Part shown: piece after piece, positions 27,416-35,952 of the stretch | How positions within the stretch are numbered: the stretch's first letter is position 1 | Layout of the letters: each line of letters opens with the position of its first letter | Assembly (NCBI GenBank): GCA_038207085.1 | Contig: JBBRAE010000001.1 | Span: 96,001-160,000 of the forward strand | Reading direction: 5' to 3' | Length of the DNA: 64,000 bases | Source of the DNA: Armatimonadota bacterium | Lineage (GTDB): Bacteria; Armatimonadota; UBA5829; DTLH01 | The notes under the pieces: model-generated | Database searches by the model: none | What the model saw: the letters and a program-made list of their open reading frames with translations, nothing else | What the model was told of the DNA's origin: nothing | Translations under genes and position numbers: made by a program

Positions 27416-30223
27416 TTGAGAACGGCCGACAATGGCCGGAAGGCGCGGTCGCCCAACCCATTCCGAAAGGACAGTCAAATAGTCGTGAGATGTAGGAACA
27501 CCATTCAATTCGAGCTATACTTATTGTTGAGCATAAGTATGGCGTTGATTTACTTCCCAGGATTGGCGTTATCGGCAGATACCGCTAAAAGGAACACAGA
27601 CCGAGCAATGATTATTGATTCTTCCGCCGCTACGACGGTTATCTATCCCGCCCCATCCGGCGCACCAATATCGAAGCAATACAGTGTTACGATCAACGGG
27701 GCGCAGTGCCCGGCGTACAAGTCGCTATGCGACCAGGTGAACTACACGAGCTTCGACGTGTCGGGGGGGCCGGTGGCTGTGACAGTCACGGCAACAGAGC
27801 CTGGCTACTGGTCCGATGGCGTTAACATTCGACCGCTCTCAAGAGGGGTTGTTCCCAAAGTCGAGGGGCAAAAGCTGACTTTCACCATTGACAAGCCATG
27901 CCAGCTCTCCGTCGAACGTCCATCAGTCTCGGGCAGTGACCAGGACGCGGAGGTGCTCTTTGTCTTCGCAAATCCACCTGAGAATGACGCTCCCAAAGCC
28001 GATGACCCTGATGTGATCTACTATGGGCCCGGCATGCACAGGGTTGAGGGCAATATTGCCCTGAGGAGCGGTCAAACTCTGTACATTGCCGGGGGTGCTA
28101 TCGTGGACGCCGGCGGTGTGCGGGCTAGGAACGCCAAGGATATCGCGATCCGAGGCAGGGGGACTCTCTGCTGCCGGGTGGAGAAAATTTGGGACAGCGG
28201 TATTCAGTTCGACAACTGCCGGTCGATCCTCCTTGAGGATGTGACCGTATTCACCTACGTGCCGGATGGGAACCAGTACGGCATCCAAAACCACTTGTCC
28301 AAGTGCAGTGATGTGACCGTCTGTAACTACAAGGCTATCGGCTCTAACGCCAACACCGACGGTTTCCAGTGTCATGGCTGTTCAAAGATGACCTTCACAG
28401 ATTCCTTCATCCGTGGAACCGATGATAATCTCGCCTTCTACGGCAACTCCTTCGATGAGCAACCGGGCGAGTCTCGCACGAGCGATATCAGCGTGAAGGG
28501 TTGCGTGTTCTGGCCTATGTGGCAGTCGGGAGTCTGTCGGATCGGATGGGGCGATTATCCGAATCCCACTAATGCGAGTAATATTGAAGTCCGCGACTGT
28601 GACGTCATTCACATGTGGCAAGGCGATATGCCTGAGCATGCACTGCTCGACATGCGGGAGTTTGCCGGCCGCGACAGCTCAATCTCGAACATTCTTTTTG
28701 AGGATATCCGGGTGGAAGAGTGCGACTCCCTCATAACAGTCTACACAGACGAGAGCAAGGGCTTCAAGCTTCGCAACCTGCTGATGCGCAACATTGATGT
28801 GAAGCAGCCTATATGGCGAACATCGTTCAGGGGCCGACCCGGCAAGACGTTCTTTGGCTGCAACGATTTCGAGAATGTGACCTTCGAGAACATCACCGTA
28901 GCCGGTAAACAGATACTTTCGCCAGAGCAGATGGGCATGAGCCTCTACGGGGTCGCCGCAACTCAACCTGAGAAGCTGAGGTTTCTCGACGCAAACGGAG
29001 AGAACCACTGCCCGACTGCGGTTATCACAACGGACGCAACTGCGGGCGCGGCTCCTCTGAAGGTGCGCTTCGACGCATCAAAGAGCAGCTCTCCTGACGG
29101 GAAGATCGCCTCTTACACCTGGGATTTTGGCGACGGGACGGCCGGGCATGGCGCGACAGTCAGTCACACCTACAAGAAGAATGGCCAATATGAGGTAATT
29201 CTCAGTGTCGTGAGCGACTCGGGTGTTCCTCGCACGACTCGGCTCAACCACGTGACCGTTGCTGACCGAGGGCTGACCGCTGAGTATTTCCTTACTCGAA
29301 ATCTGACCGATAGAGCAATCGTTACCGTTGACCGTGGTCTTGATCTCAACTGGGGCAAGATCCCACCACGCCTGGAGGTGGGTGAAACCGAGTATTCCGT
29401 GCGATGGAGCGGGCAGATCATTCCTCGCTACAGCGAATTGTATACGTTCACTCTTGACGCCGGAGATGGAGCCCGTCTGTGGGTCGATGGACGACTACTC
29501 GTCGATGGCTGGAACGCGGCTGGCAAGGGACAAGGCAAGATCGACCTCAAAGCAAATCGACATTATGATATCAAGCTCGAATATCGCGAGAATGGCGGGA
29601 CAGGCTATGTTCGAGTGAAGTGGGCGAGCGCGAGCCAGGCTGAAGTAGCCGTTCCGGCAAGGTGTCTCGTTCCGTGGACCTCGGATGGCCCAGCCGGGAA
29701 GTCTGCCAATTATGAGCTTGCCGAAGAACAAGAGTTCACCGCCAGAGGATTCCTGACAAAGCTCTACACAGCCGAAGGACCGCAATCCGCCAAGTCAGAG
29801 TCATGGACGAGAATGAAGCAGTCGGGTTACGAGTTTGTGCCCGCCCGCGATATCACAATAACTGCTCTTGGACGCGCGCTTGGAGGCGACTGGAAGTCCA
29901 GCCACGTCATTCGGATATGGAGAGTCTCAGACAAAACGGAAGTCGCAAGCGTCCCTGTGTGGATATCGTCGAAGATCGATGGTATCGGGGTGCGCTACGA
30001 GAAGCTGCCATCACCGGTAGTCTTGCAGAAAGGTGAGTCCTACCGGATCACATCAACCGAATACGCAGGAGTGGATGACACCTATATAGTGGGAGATCTA
30101 CAGTCCACAGACGCAGCCATGATAACGCACGCAATCCGTATGACAGGCTACGACGGCTTCCCGGATGTCATCGACCTGGATGGTGAGAAGGGCTCGGGTC
30201 CGCCAACGTTCTACTACCATTAA
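27416..30223 (+). CDS. Secreted GH28/GH49-like beta-helix glycoside hydrolase with PKD and PA14 domains
   Basis: VIYYGPGMH, LYIAGGAIV, NTDG and TDDNLA catalytic-type motifs; YTWDFGDG (PKD); YSVRWSGQI...DGARLWVDG (PA14). True start uncertain (ATG 27539 possible). Confidence 0.8.
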   Translation: MRTADNGRKARSPNPFRKDSQIVVRCRNTIQFELYLLLSISMALIYFPGLALSADTAKRNTDRAMIIDSSAATTVIYPAPSGAPISKQYSVTINGAQCPAYKSLCDQVNYTSFDVSGGPVAVTVTATEPGYWSDGVNIRPLSRGVVPKVEGQKLTFTIDKPCQLSVERPSVSGSDQDAEVLFVFANPPENDAPKADDPDVIYYGPGMHRVEGNIALRSGQTLYIAGGAIVDAGGVRARNAKDIAIRGRGTLCCRVEKIWDSGIQFDNCRSILLEDVTVFTYVPDGNQYGIQNHLSKCSDVTVCNYKAIGSNANTDGFQCHGCSKMTFTDSFIRGTDDNLAFYGNSFDEQPGESRTSDISVKGCVFWPMWQSGVCRIGWGDYPNPTNASNIEVRDCDVIHMWQGDMPEHALLDMREFAGRDSSISNILFEDIRVEECDSLITVYTDESKGFKLRNLLMRNIDVKQPIWRTSFRGRPGKTFFGCNDFENVTFENITVAGKQILSPEQMGMSLYGVAATQPEKLRFLDANGENHCPTAVITTDATAGAAPLKVRFDASKSSSPDGKIASYTWDFGDGTAGHGATVSHTYKKNGQYEVILSVVSDSGVPRTTRLNHVTVADRGLTAEYFLTRNLTDRAIVTVDRGLDLNWGKIPPRLEVGETEYSVRWSGQIIPRYSELYTFTLDAGDGARLWVDGRLLVDGWNAAGKGQGKIDLKANRHYDIKLEYRENGGTGYVRVKWASASQAEVAVPARCLVPWTSDGPAGKSANYELAEEQEFTARGFLTKLYTAEGPQSAKSESWTRMKQSGYEFVPARDITITALGRALGGDWKSSHVIRIWRVSDKTEVASVPVWISSKIDGIGVRYEKLPSPVVLQKGESYRITSTEYAGVDDTYIVGDLQSTDAAMITHAIRMTGYDGFPDVIDLDGEKGSGPPTFYYH

Positions 30224-30232
30224 CCACCGGCT

Positions 30233-30328
30233 TTGGACGGCGAGAACGGGGCCATAGACAACATATTCACGGAGTGGCTTTGGAGGAGCGACAAATACGA
30301 GGATGTCTATCTCAAAGGTTACGACCAA
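30233..30328 (+). pseudogene. IS3-family transposase fragment (integrase core)
   Basis: LDGENGAIDNIFTEWLWRSDKYEDVYLKGYD resembles the IS3 segment MDGKGRALDNIFIERLWRSVKYEEVYLKAY. Confidence 0.8.
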
Positions 30329-30329
30329 A

Positions 30330-30596
30330 GCCGTCTCCGAATTGTCGTTTAAGAAGCAGCGATTGGTGCAGCTCGGAGGTATACAACCCACCGAAGCCTA
30401 TATTGGTAGAGGGTCTTCTAAAGCAGGCACACGAGCTAAGGCAGAAGCTGCATTGCAGCGATGATGGGCAGAGAAGAATGGTGCTTCAGCAGTTCCTCAG
30501 AGGCATCGTTGTGCACCCCGACAAGAAGGAGATCCTCATAAAAGTCAAAAGCCCACTCCCACAGCTGGGAATGGACTCTGGACTTGGTCATTCGGT
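30330..30596 (+). pseudogene. Probable C-terminal remnant of a large serine recombinase reading into the tRNA 3' end
   Basis: QRRMVLQQFLRGIVVHPDKKEILIKVK fits the C-terminal R-x2-L-x3-I-x2-I-x-V pattern; the frame continues antisense into the tRNA (GSPEGIRT). Confidence 0.55.
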
Positions 30597-30673
30597 TGGT
30601 AGCCCCGAAGGGATTCGAACCCTCGATCTCATGGCTGAGAACCACGCATCCTGGACCACTAGACGACGGGGCC
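30597..30673 (-). tRNA. tRNA-Glu (anticodon CTC), CCA encoded
   Basis: GGCCCCGTCGTCTAGTGGTCCAGGATGCGTGGTTCTCAGCCATGAGATCGAGGGTTCGAATCCCTTCGGGGCTACCA forms a cloverleaf with a GTTCGAAT T-loop. Confidence 0.96.
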
Positions 30674-30701
30674 ATATTAGCGCTCCTGCGAGCGTGAAGA
30701 C

Positions 30702-30730
30702 AGTATATCACAGGCAGTAAGCCGTGTCAA
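30702..30730 (-). promoter_or_regulatory. Sigma70-type promoter of tRNA-Glu
   Basis: TTGACA-17 nt-TATACT. Confidence 0.75.
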
Positions 30731-30769
30731 CGCCTTCTCGTGCAAATTTATGCAGTGTTTGCTTGGCTG

Positions 30770-31438
30770 TTAACTCGGGCGTTTCAGGGAAACATGGTTG
30801 TGCGCCAGTCGAGTGGGTTCAGGAAGACGATAACGCGTCACACACGACTGGATCAACCGCACCGATGTATCAAAATTTATGCGGTGACCAGGAGATATGA
30901 ACAGTGGTTTGGTTGCCTGTTTCGTGCGCACGACCGTTCCAATCTGTTCCGTGCCAATATAGAGAGTGGATTGGTCACCGGCTAAAGGACCGAGCGGTTC
31001 ATAGGTTCCCACTAGCCTTGACTTGGCGCATCCGATGCTTGGCGTATCGGTAAGAACTCCAATATGTGAAGCGATGCCAAATCTCCTCGGATGGGCAATT
31101 CCCTGACCATCTATAATGAGTAGGTCAGGCTTCGTTCGCAGTCGGCCCAAGGCAGCAAGTATCACCGGAGCCTCCCGGAACGATAACAGACCAGGTATGT
31201 ATGGAAACTCGACCGGACTGTCGACCGTTACTTGCTCGATTACATCAAGACTTGGGAGTCTCAGTACCACAACGCCACCTCTGGCATTGCCCGGGCTTGG
31301 AAACCCGACGTCTATGCCGGCAACCAGTTCCACGGCACCGAACTCGTCCGCAACAATGACCCGTTTCCGCAGTTCGTTTTGGGTCTGAATGGCTTGTTCC
31401 CGTGTGACATTCCAGTTGTAGTTAAGACCATAACTCAT
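30770..31438 (-). CDS. nfi: Endonuclease V (deoxyinosine 3' endonuclease)
   Basis: AGIDVGF, FPYIPGLLSFRE, IDGQGIAHPRRFGIASH, IGCAKSRL, SPGH, YRLPEPTR. Confidence 0.95.
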   Translation of the reverse strand: MSYGLNYNWNVTREQAIQTQNELRKRVIVADEFGAVELVAGIDVGFPSPGNARGGVVVLRLPSLDVIEQVTVDSPVEFPYIPGLLSFREAPVILAALGRLRTKPDLLIIDGQGIAHPRRFGIASHIGVLTDTPSIGCAKSRLVGTYEPLGPLAGDQSTLYIGTEQIGTVVRTKQATKPLFISPGHRINFDTSVRLIQSCVTRYRLPEPTRLAHNHVSLKRPS

Positions 31439-31542
31439 AGTTCACTCGTGATACCCATTAGGGGATGGAGTGTAACAGTGTCCGCTGCGCTCCTTGGGAA
31501 ACAAATGCGTCTCTACGACAGTCTTATGTAGTGTGGCGAAGC

Positions 31543-31571
31543 TTGACACGAGGCTGGCTGACGAGTAGAAT
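31543..31571 (+). promoter_or_regulatory. Sigma70-type promoter for the PKD-UbiA-MBL operon
   Basis: TTGACA-17 nt-TAGAAT. Confidence 0.6.
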
Positions 31572-31699
31572 CAGGGTAGTAATATCGCTATTGTTTCACG
31601 TCTTCACGAACACTTTGAATCGTGAAAGCGCGTCAAATCGGATGTCGAAGCTACCCAGCCCCGGGTATTGCGCTTCGTCAGGGAGGATAGTTGGTCAGA

Positions 31700-32605
31700 A
31701 TGCGAAAAATCACGGCTACGTTGCTCATGTCAGCGGTTCTAGTTGGATCTGCTGCGTTTGGCGAGGTTGATATCTTTGGAGGGGTTGATTCCAATATCAA
31801 GACAGGCGGGTGGGGCAGTGGGATGTGTGCTGCAATGAACGAACGCCCCCTGATCGGTAACAGCGTCATAAAAGTCAATACACAGGGACTGCATGAGGGT
31901 GGTCGCATCGATCTTGTTAACCCCGTTCAGATTGCATCTGATTCCCTGAACGACGAGTATATTCAATTCATGGTGCGTTTTACTACAGTTTCCCTGACAA
32001 GCCCAGGTGCCTTTGTTAGTCCAGGCTTTGGCGCAACCAGTACGCCGGGACTTATGGACCCACGGATGGCCGCATACTACTATCAGGATAGTGACGCGCC
32101 GGTGAGAGCCAAAGCGACTGTCTTCAGGGTGATTCTCACTTCAGTTGAGGGCCAAAGTCTTGAAGCATGTTCAGCTGTGCCGATGAAGTCCGAAGAGGGC
32201 TGGTTCAACATCTCTATCCCACTTCAAACCCTTGGACTAAAGACTGGTGACACGTTCACTCTATCCAGAATTCTTGTATTTACTGACATTCCGGACAACT
32301 TCGCGATCGGTCAGATCGGCATCGTCAAGGACGATACTCCTATCACTGCCTCTCCGGGCGAGGAGCAGGTTGTGGCCGTCAATGACTCCGTGTTTTTCCG
32401 TGCTGACGCCGAAGGCGGGGCATCCCAGCTTCGATACTCTTGGAACTTTGGCGACGCTGGCCCTACTGGCGAGGATGCCACAGGCGAGGTAGTCACGCAC
32501 CGATACAAATATGGCGGCGATTTTAGCGTAAAATTGACTGTAAGTGACGTGTGGGGAATCAAGGCGCCTGCCACTGTTACAACTGCGATTTCCGTAAATG
32601 ACTAA
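31700..32605 (+). CDS. Secreted protein with C-terminal PKD domain
   Basis: Signal peptide; YSWNFGD...HRYKYGGDFSVKLTVSD. Confidence 0.75.
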   Translation: MRKITATLLMSAVLVGSAAFGEVDIFGGVDSNIKTGGWGSGMCAAMNERPLIGNSVIKVNTQGLHEGGRIDLVNPVQIASDSLNDEYIQFMVRFTTVSLTSPGAFVSPGFGATSTPGLMDPRMAAYYYQDSDAPVRAKATVFRVILTSVEGQSLEACSAVPMKSEEGWFNISIPLQTLGLKTGDTFTLSRILVFTDIPDNFAIGQIGIVKDDTPITASPGEEQVVAVNDSVFFRADAEGGASQLRYSWNFGDAGPTGEDATGEVVTHRYKYGGDFSVKLTVSDVWGIKAPATVTTAISVND

Positions 32606-32632
32606 AAAGACTACGCATGAGGCGGTTACATC

Positions 32633-33544
32633 GTGATACTTGCCCTTGTGGGGTCGATGCGGCCCAAACAATGGACCAAGAACCTGCTGGTGTTTGCGGG
32701 CTATCTCTTTACTTTGTCAGATGGAACAAGCACTCCGCACGCGCTCGCCAGAGCAGTGGCGGCATTCGCACTGTTCTGTGTTGCGAGTGGAGTAGTCTAT
32801 ATCTACAATGATTGCATGGATGTTGCTCGCGACAGATGCCACCCTGTCAAAGGCAAGCGTCCTATCGCTTCTGGCAGGGTAGGGATTCCTGCTGCAATCG
32901 GTTTTGCGTCTGTGTGCCTGTTGATCACCACTTTGTGCGCGTACCGTCTGGATGTTCATTTCGGTTGGACACTTGCTGGCTACATTCTTCTTACCAGCCT
33001 GTACTCAGTCTCACTTAAACACGTAGTCATCGTTGATCTGCTAACGATTGCTGCCGGGTTTGTTCTTCGCGCCGTTGCCGGGGCTGTGGTCATACACGTT
33101 TCCATATCGCCCTGGCTGCTCCTTTGCACTACACTGCTTGCCCTGTTTCTGGGACTTGCCAAGAGACGGCACGAGCTGGTTTCACTGCAAGACGGTGCAG
33201 TAAGCCATAGGAAGATACTGGAGGATTACTCAGTTGAGTTCCTCGACCAGATGATCAACATCACTTCTTCAGCCGCGCTTATGGCCTATGCCCTCTACAC
33301 TTTCGCTCCGTTTTCCAGCACTGGCCGACAGCACCCCTATATGATGATCACGATCCCGTTTGTCATCTATGGGATGTTTCGGTATCTCTATCTGATGCAC
33401 AACAAGAACGTGGGCGGGCAACCCGAGCAGGTGCTTATAGACGACAAGCCGTTGCTCTTCGACCTCATTCTGTGGGCTGGCGTGGTCGCCATCATACTTA
33501 AGTGGGATGTTGTCTCTGCTCTGCTCGTAAAGTGGTTTATGTAA
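32633..33544 (+). CDS. Decaprenyl-phosphate phosphoribosyltransferase-like protein (UbiA family)
   Basis: RPKQWTKNLLVF, YIYNDCMDVARDRCHPVKGKRPIASG, GLAKRRHEL. Confidence 0.88.
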   Translation: MILALVGSMRPKQWTKNLLVFAGYLFTLSDGTSTPHALARAVAAFALFCVASGVVYIYNDCMDVARDRCHPVKGKRPIASGRVGIPAAIGFASVCLLITTLCAYRLDVHFGWTLAGYILLTSLYSVSLKHVVIVDLLTIAAGFVLRAVAGAVVIHVSISPWLLLCTTLLALFLGLAKRRHELVSLQDGAVSHRKILEDYSVEFLDQMINITSSAALMAYALYTFAPFSSTGRQHPYMMITIPFVIYGMFRYLYLMHNKNVGGQPEQVLIDDKPLLFDLILWAGVVAIILKWDVVSALLVKWFM

Positions 33545-33547
33545 CCG

Positions 33548-34375
33548 ATGGCGCTTGAGGTCTATTCAATTGCGAGCGGCAGTTCGGGAAACTCTATTCT
33601 CGTTCGGGACGACAGCACTTCCTTGCTGATTGACGCGGGCATCGGAATACGGAAACTATCGGCGTATTTGTCCACCCTTGGAACTGAACCCTCCGAGCTA
33701 TCTGCGATTCTGATCACTCATGAGCATTGTGACCACATCAACGGTGCGGTCCGTATGGCTGGAAGATTCGGGGTGCCGCTTCTGGCAAATTGGCGAACGC
33801 TTGGGGCAATCCAGGGTGCTGACAAGGTCCCTCACAGAGCGATTGAGCCCTGTGTCGATACGCCCGTCGGAACACTTCTCGTGCGCTCGTTTGGAGTATG
33901 TCACGATGCCGCGCACCCCAGCGGTTACACGGTCGAAGGCTCGGGCGGCAGATTGTGCAGCATCACCGATACCGGCAAGTTGACTGAGCGCATTCGACAA
34001 GAAGCTTGCGCTGCAGACCTGCTGATTCTGGAGTCTAACCACGATCTCGAAATGCTCCAAAACGGACCTTACCCCGGCCACCTGAAGAAGAGGATCCTTG
34101 GCGACCGCGGACACCTGTCAAACGACGATGCCGCCTCATTTCTACGTGAGATAGCCTTATCCGGCAAGACAATGTCTGTCTGGCTTGCGCACCTCAGTCG
34201 GACCAACAATACGCCGACAAAGGCACTGGCGTGCACCGGGCGTGCTCTGTCCGATTGCAATGGTCACGCACTTTTGGTGGATGTCGCGCGTCGCGATGAA
34301 CCAAGCCTCTCATGGAGACATGGTCGGAGTGCATTCCAACTCAGTCTGTTTTCCCAGCGCCGAGGTAACGACTGA
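33548..34375 (+). CDS. MBL-fold metallo-hydrolase (YycJ/WalJ-like)
   Basis: IASGSSGN, THEHCDH, TDTG, LESNHD, GHLSN, LAHLS. Confidence 0.88.
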   Translation: MALEVYSIASGSSGNSILVRDDSTSLLIDAGIGIRKLSAYLSTLGTEPSELSAILITHEHCDHINGAVRMAGRFGVPLLANWRTLGAIQGADKVPHRAIEPCVDTPVGTLLVRSFGVCHDAAHPSGYTVEGSGGRLCSITDTGKLTERIRQEACAADLLILESNHDLEMLQNGPYPGHLKKRILGDRGHLSNDDAASFLREIALSGKTMSVWLAHLSRTNNTPTKALACTGRALSDCNGHALLVDVARRDEPSLSWRHGRSAFQLSLFSQRRGND

Positions 34376-34997
34376 ACCATTCGGCGGCGATCCTTGCGAC
34401 TTCTTCCAGTTTTCCAGGTTCCTCGAACAGATGCGTCGCGCCGGGAATGATTACCATCTCCTTTGGGGCTTGCAGGAGTTCGTAGGCATCTCGGTTCATA
34501 TCGATGACGGGATAGTCGTCGCCGCCTACGATCAATAGGGTGGGGGAAGTTACCTTTGCGAGGTAGTCGCGGGCAAGGTCAGGGCGTCCCCCTCGTGATA
34601 CTACTGCCCCAATTGCTTCTCCACGCTTTGCCGCCGCTTCAAGCGCAGCCCCTGCCCCGGTGCTGGCCCCGAAATATCCGATGAGCAGGTCTTTAAGCGC
34701 CTCGGAAGACTGCACCCAGTCGGTTGCGGCGAGAAGCCGTTCCGTCAGCATGTCTATGTCGAATACTTTGCGTCTATCATCGGACTCCCAATCCTCAAGC
34801 AGATCAAGGAGTAGTGTGCCGACGCCAGCGTGCCGGAGCTCGGAAGCGACAAAACTGTTGCGCGGGCTCAGCCTGCCGCTTCCGCTGCCGTGTGCGAATA
34901 GAACGATTCCGGTCACGCAATTTGGGACACTGAGTATCCCCTTCAGCCGTGCCTGTCTCGCGCCAATCTCAACTTCTTGATTCTGTAATGTCTCCAA
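34341..34997 (-). CDS. Dienelactone hydrolase-family alpha/beta hydrolase
   Basis: FAHGSGSGRLSPRN, GYFGASTGAG, VSRGGRPDL, GATHLFEE; TTG 34997 after GGGAGG. Confidence 0.85.
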   Translation of the reverse strand: METLQNQEVEIGARQARLKGILSVPNCVTGIVLFAHGSGSGRLSPRNSFVASELRHAGVGTLLLDLLEDWESDDRRKVFDIDMLTERLLAATDWVQSSEALKDLLIGYFGASTGAGAALEAAAKRGEAIGAVVSRGGRPDLARDYLAKVTSPTLLIVGGDDYPVIDMNRDAYELLQAPKEMVIIPGATHLFEEPGKLEEVARIAAEWFSRYLGAGKTD

Positions 34998-35061
34998 CGA
35001 GTCACCTCCCGAGAGTGTCGTGTCGAGGTGATTCCCTGTGGCATTGATTGTGAAACCTGCG

Positions 35062-35814
35062 CTACTTGTTCCCCGCTGCAAGCCCGTGTGACGTGAGATA
35101 TTGGTAGCCGAGCTTCGCGGACTCCATCATATCGATATCGGAGTCGTCGTTTTCGACGATCAGCCACTCGGTGACATCGGAGTCGATCGCCCCTATGATA
35201 GCAGCGAAGTCTAGCTTGCCCGAGCCAACCGGTTTTTGTGGTAAATTGCGATCGAGCGTGCCGTCTTTGATGTGATAGAGCGGAATTCTCGACTTATAGC
35301 GGTTGATGACGTCGATCGTGTCAGCACCAAATGAGCTCCAGTAGGTGTCGAGTTCAGCGAAGATCGCAGGCGCTTCCTGCATCAGCACTTCCCATGCAAA
35401 GCGACCGTCTTCCACCTTGTGAAACTCCCACCAGTGGTTATGATAACCCAGTGTGATACCGTGCGGAGCTATGAGTTCAGCGGCAAGGGCGAGATGTTCG
35501 GCGGCTGCCTTGCACTGATCGACTGTCTGCAGTTGGCTCTCTCCAATCCCGGTTGCGATCCGATTGGATCCAAGAGCAAGCTGAGTTTCAACTATCTCGC
35601 TTACGTTTTCAGGTGACGGCAGCCCTGTGTGACAGGAGCAGGTTACTATTCCGAGGTCGTCGATGATTTTGCGAATCTCAACGGCATTGTAACCGTGAAG
35701 TCCCGCGAACTCAACGCCTTTGTACCCGATCTCCGCCACCTGTTTCAGAGTGCCTGGAAAGTCTTGCGCGGCTGCCTCGCGCACTGTGTATAGCTGAAGT
35801 GCTACTGGTTTCAT
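35062..35814 (-). CDS. Sugar phosphate isomerase/epimerase (xylose-isomerase-like TIM barrel)
   Basis: ALQLYTVR, GYKGVEFAG, YHNHWWEF, ELDTYW, HIKD, VEND; ATG 35814 after AAGGAG. Confidence 0.88.
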   Translation of the reverse strand: MKPVALQLYTVREAAAQDFPGTLKQVAEIGYKGVEFAGLHGYNAVEIRKIIDDLGIVTCSCHTGLPSPENVSEIVETQLALGSNRIATGIGESQLQTVDQCKAAAEHLALAAELIAPHGITLGYHNHWWEFHKVEDGRFAWEVLMQEAPAIFAELDTYWSSFGADTIDVINRYKSRIPLYHIKDGTLDRNLPQKPVGSGKLDFAAIIGAIDSDVTEWLIVENDDSDIDMMESAKLGYQYLTSHGLAAGNK

Positions 35815-35952
35815 GCGAGTCTCCTTCATCAAGAGTATTGATACCGCAAGTGAGTTATATAGCGAGACTCAAAAGTCCTTTATAATCGAAGGAATAATTG
35901 TCAAGCGACTGGAACTCTATTTATAACAAGCAGATAACAAAGGAGCGATCCA

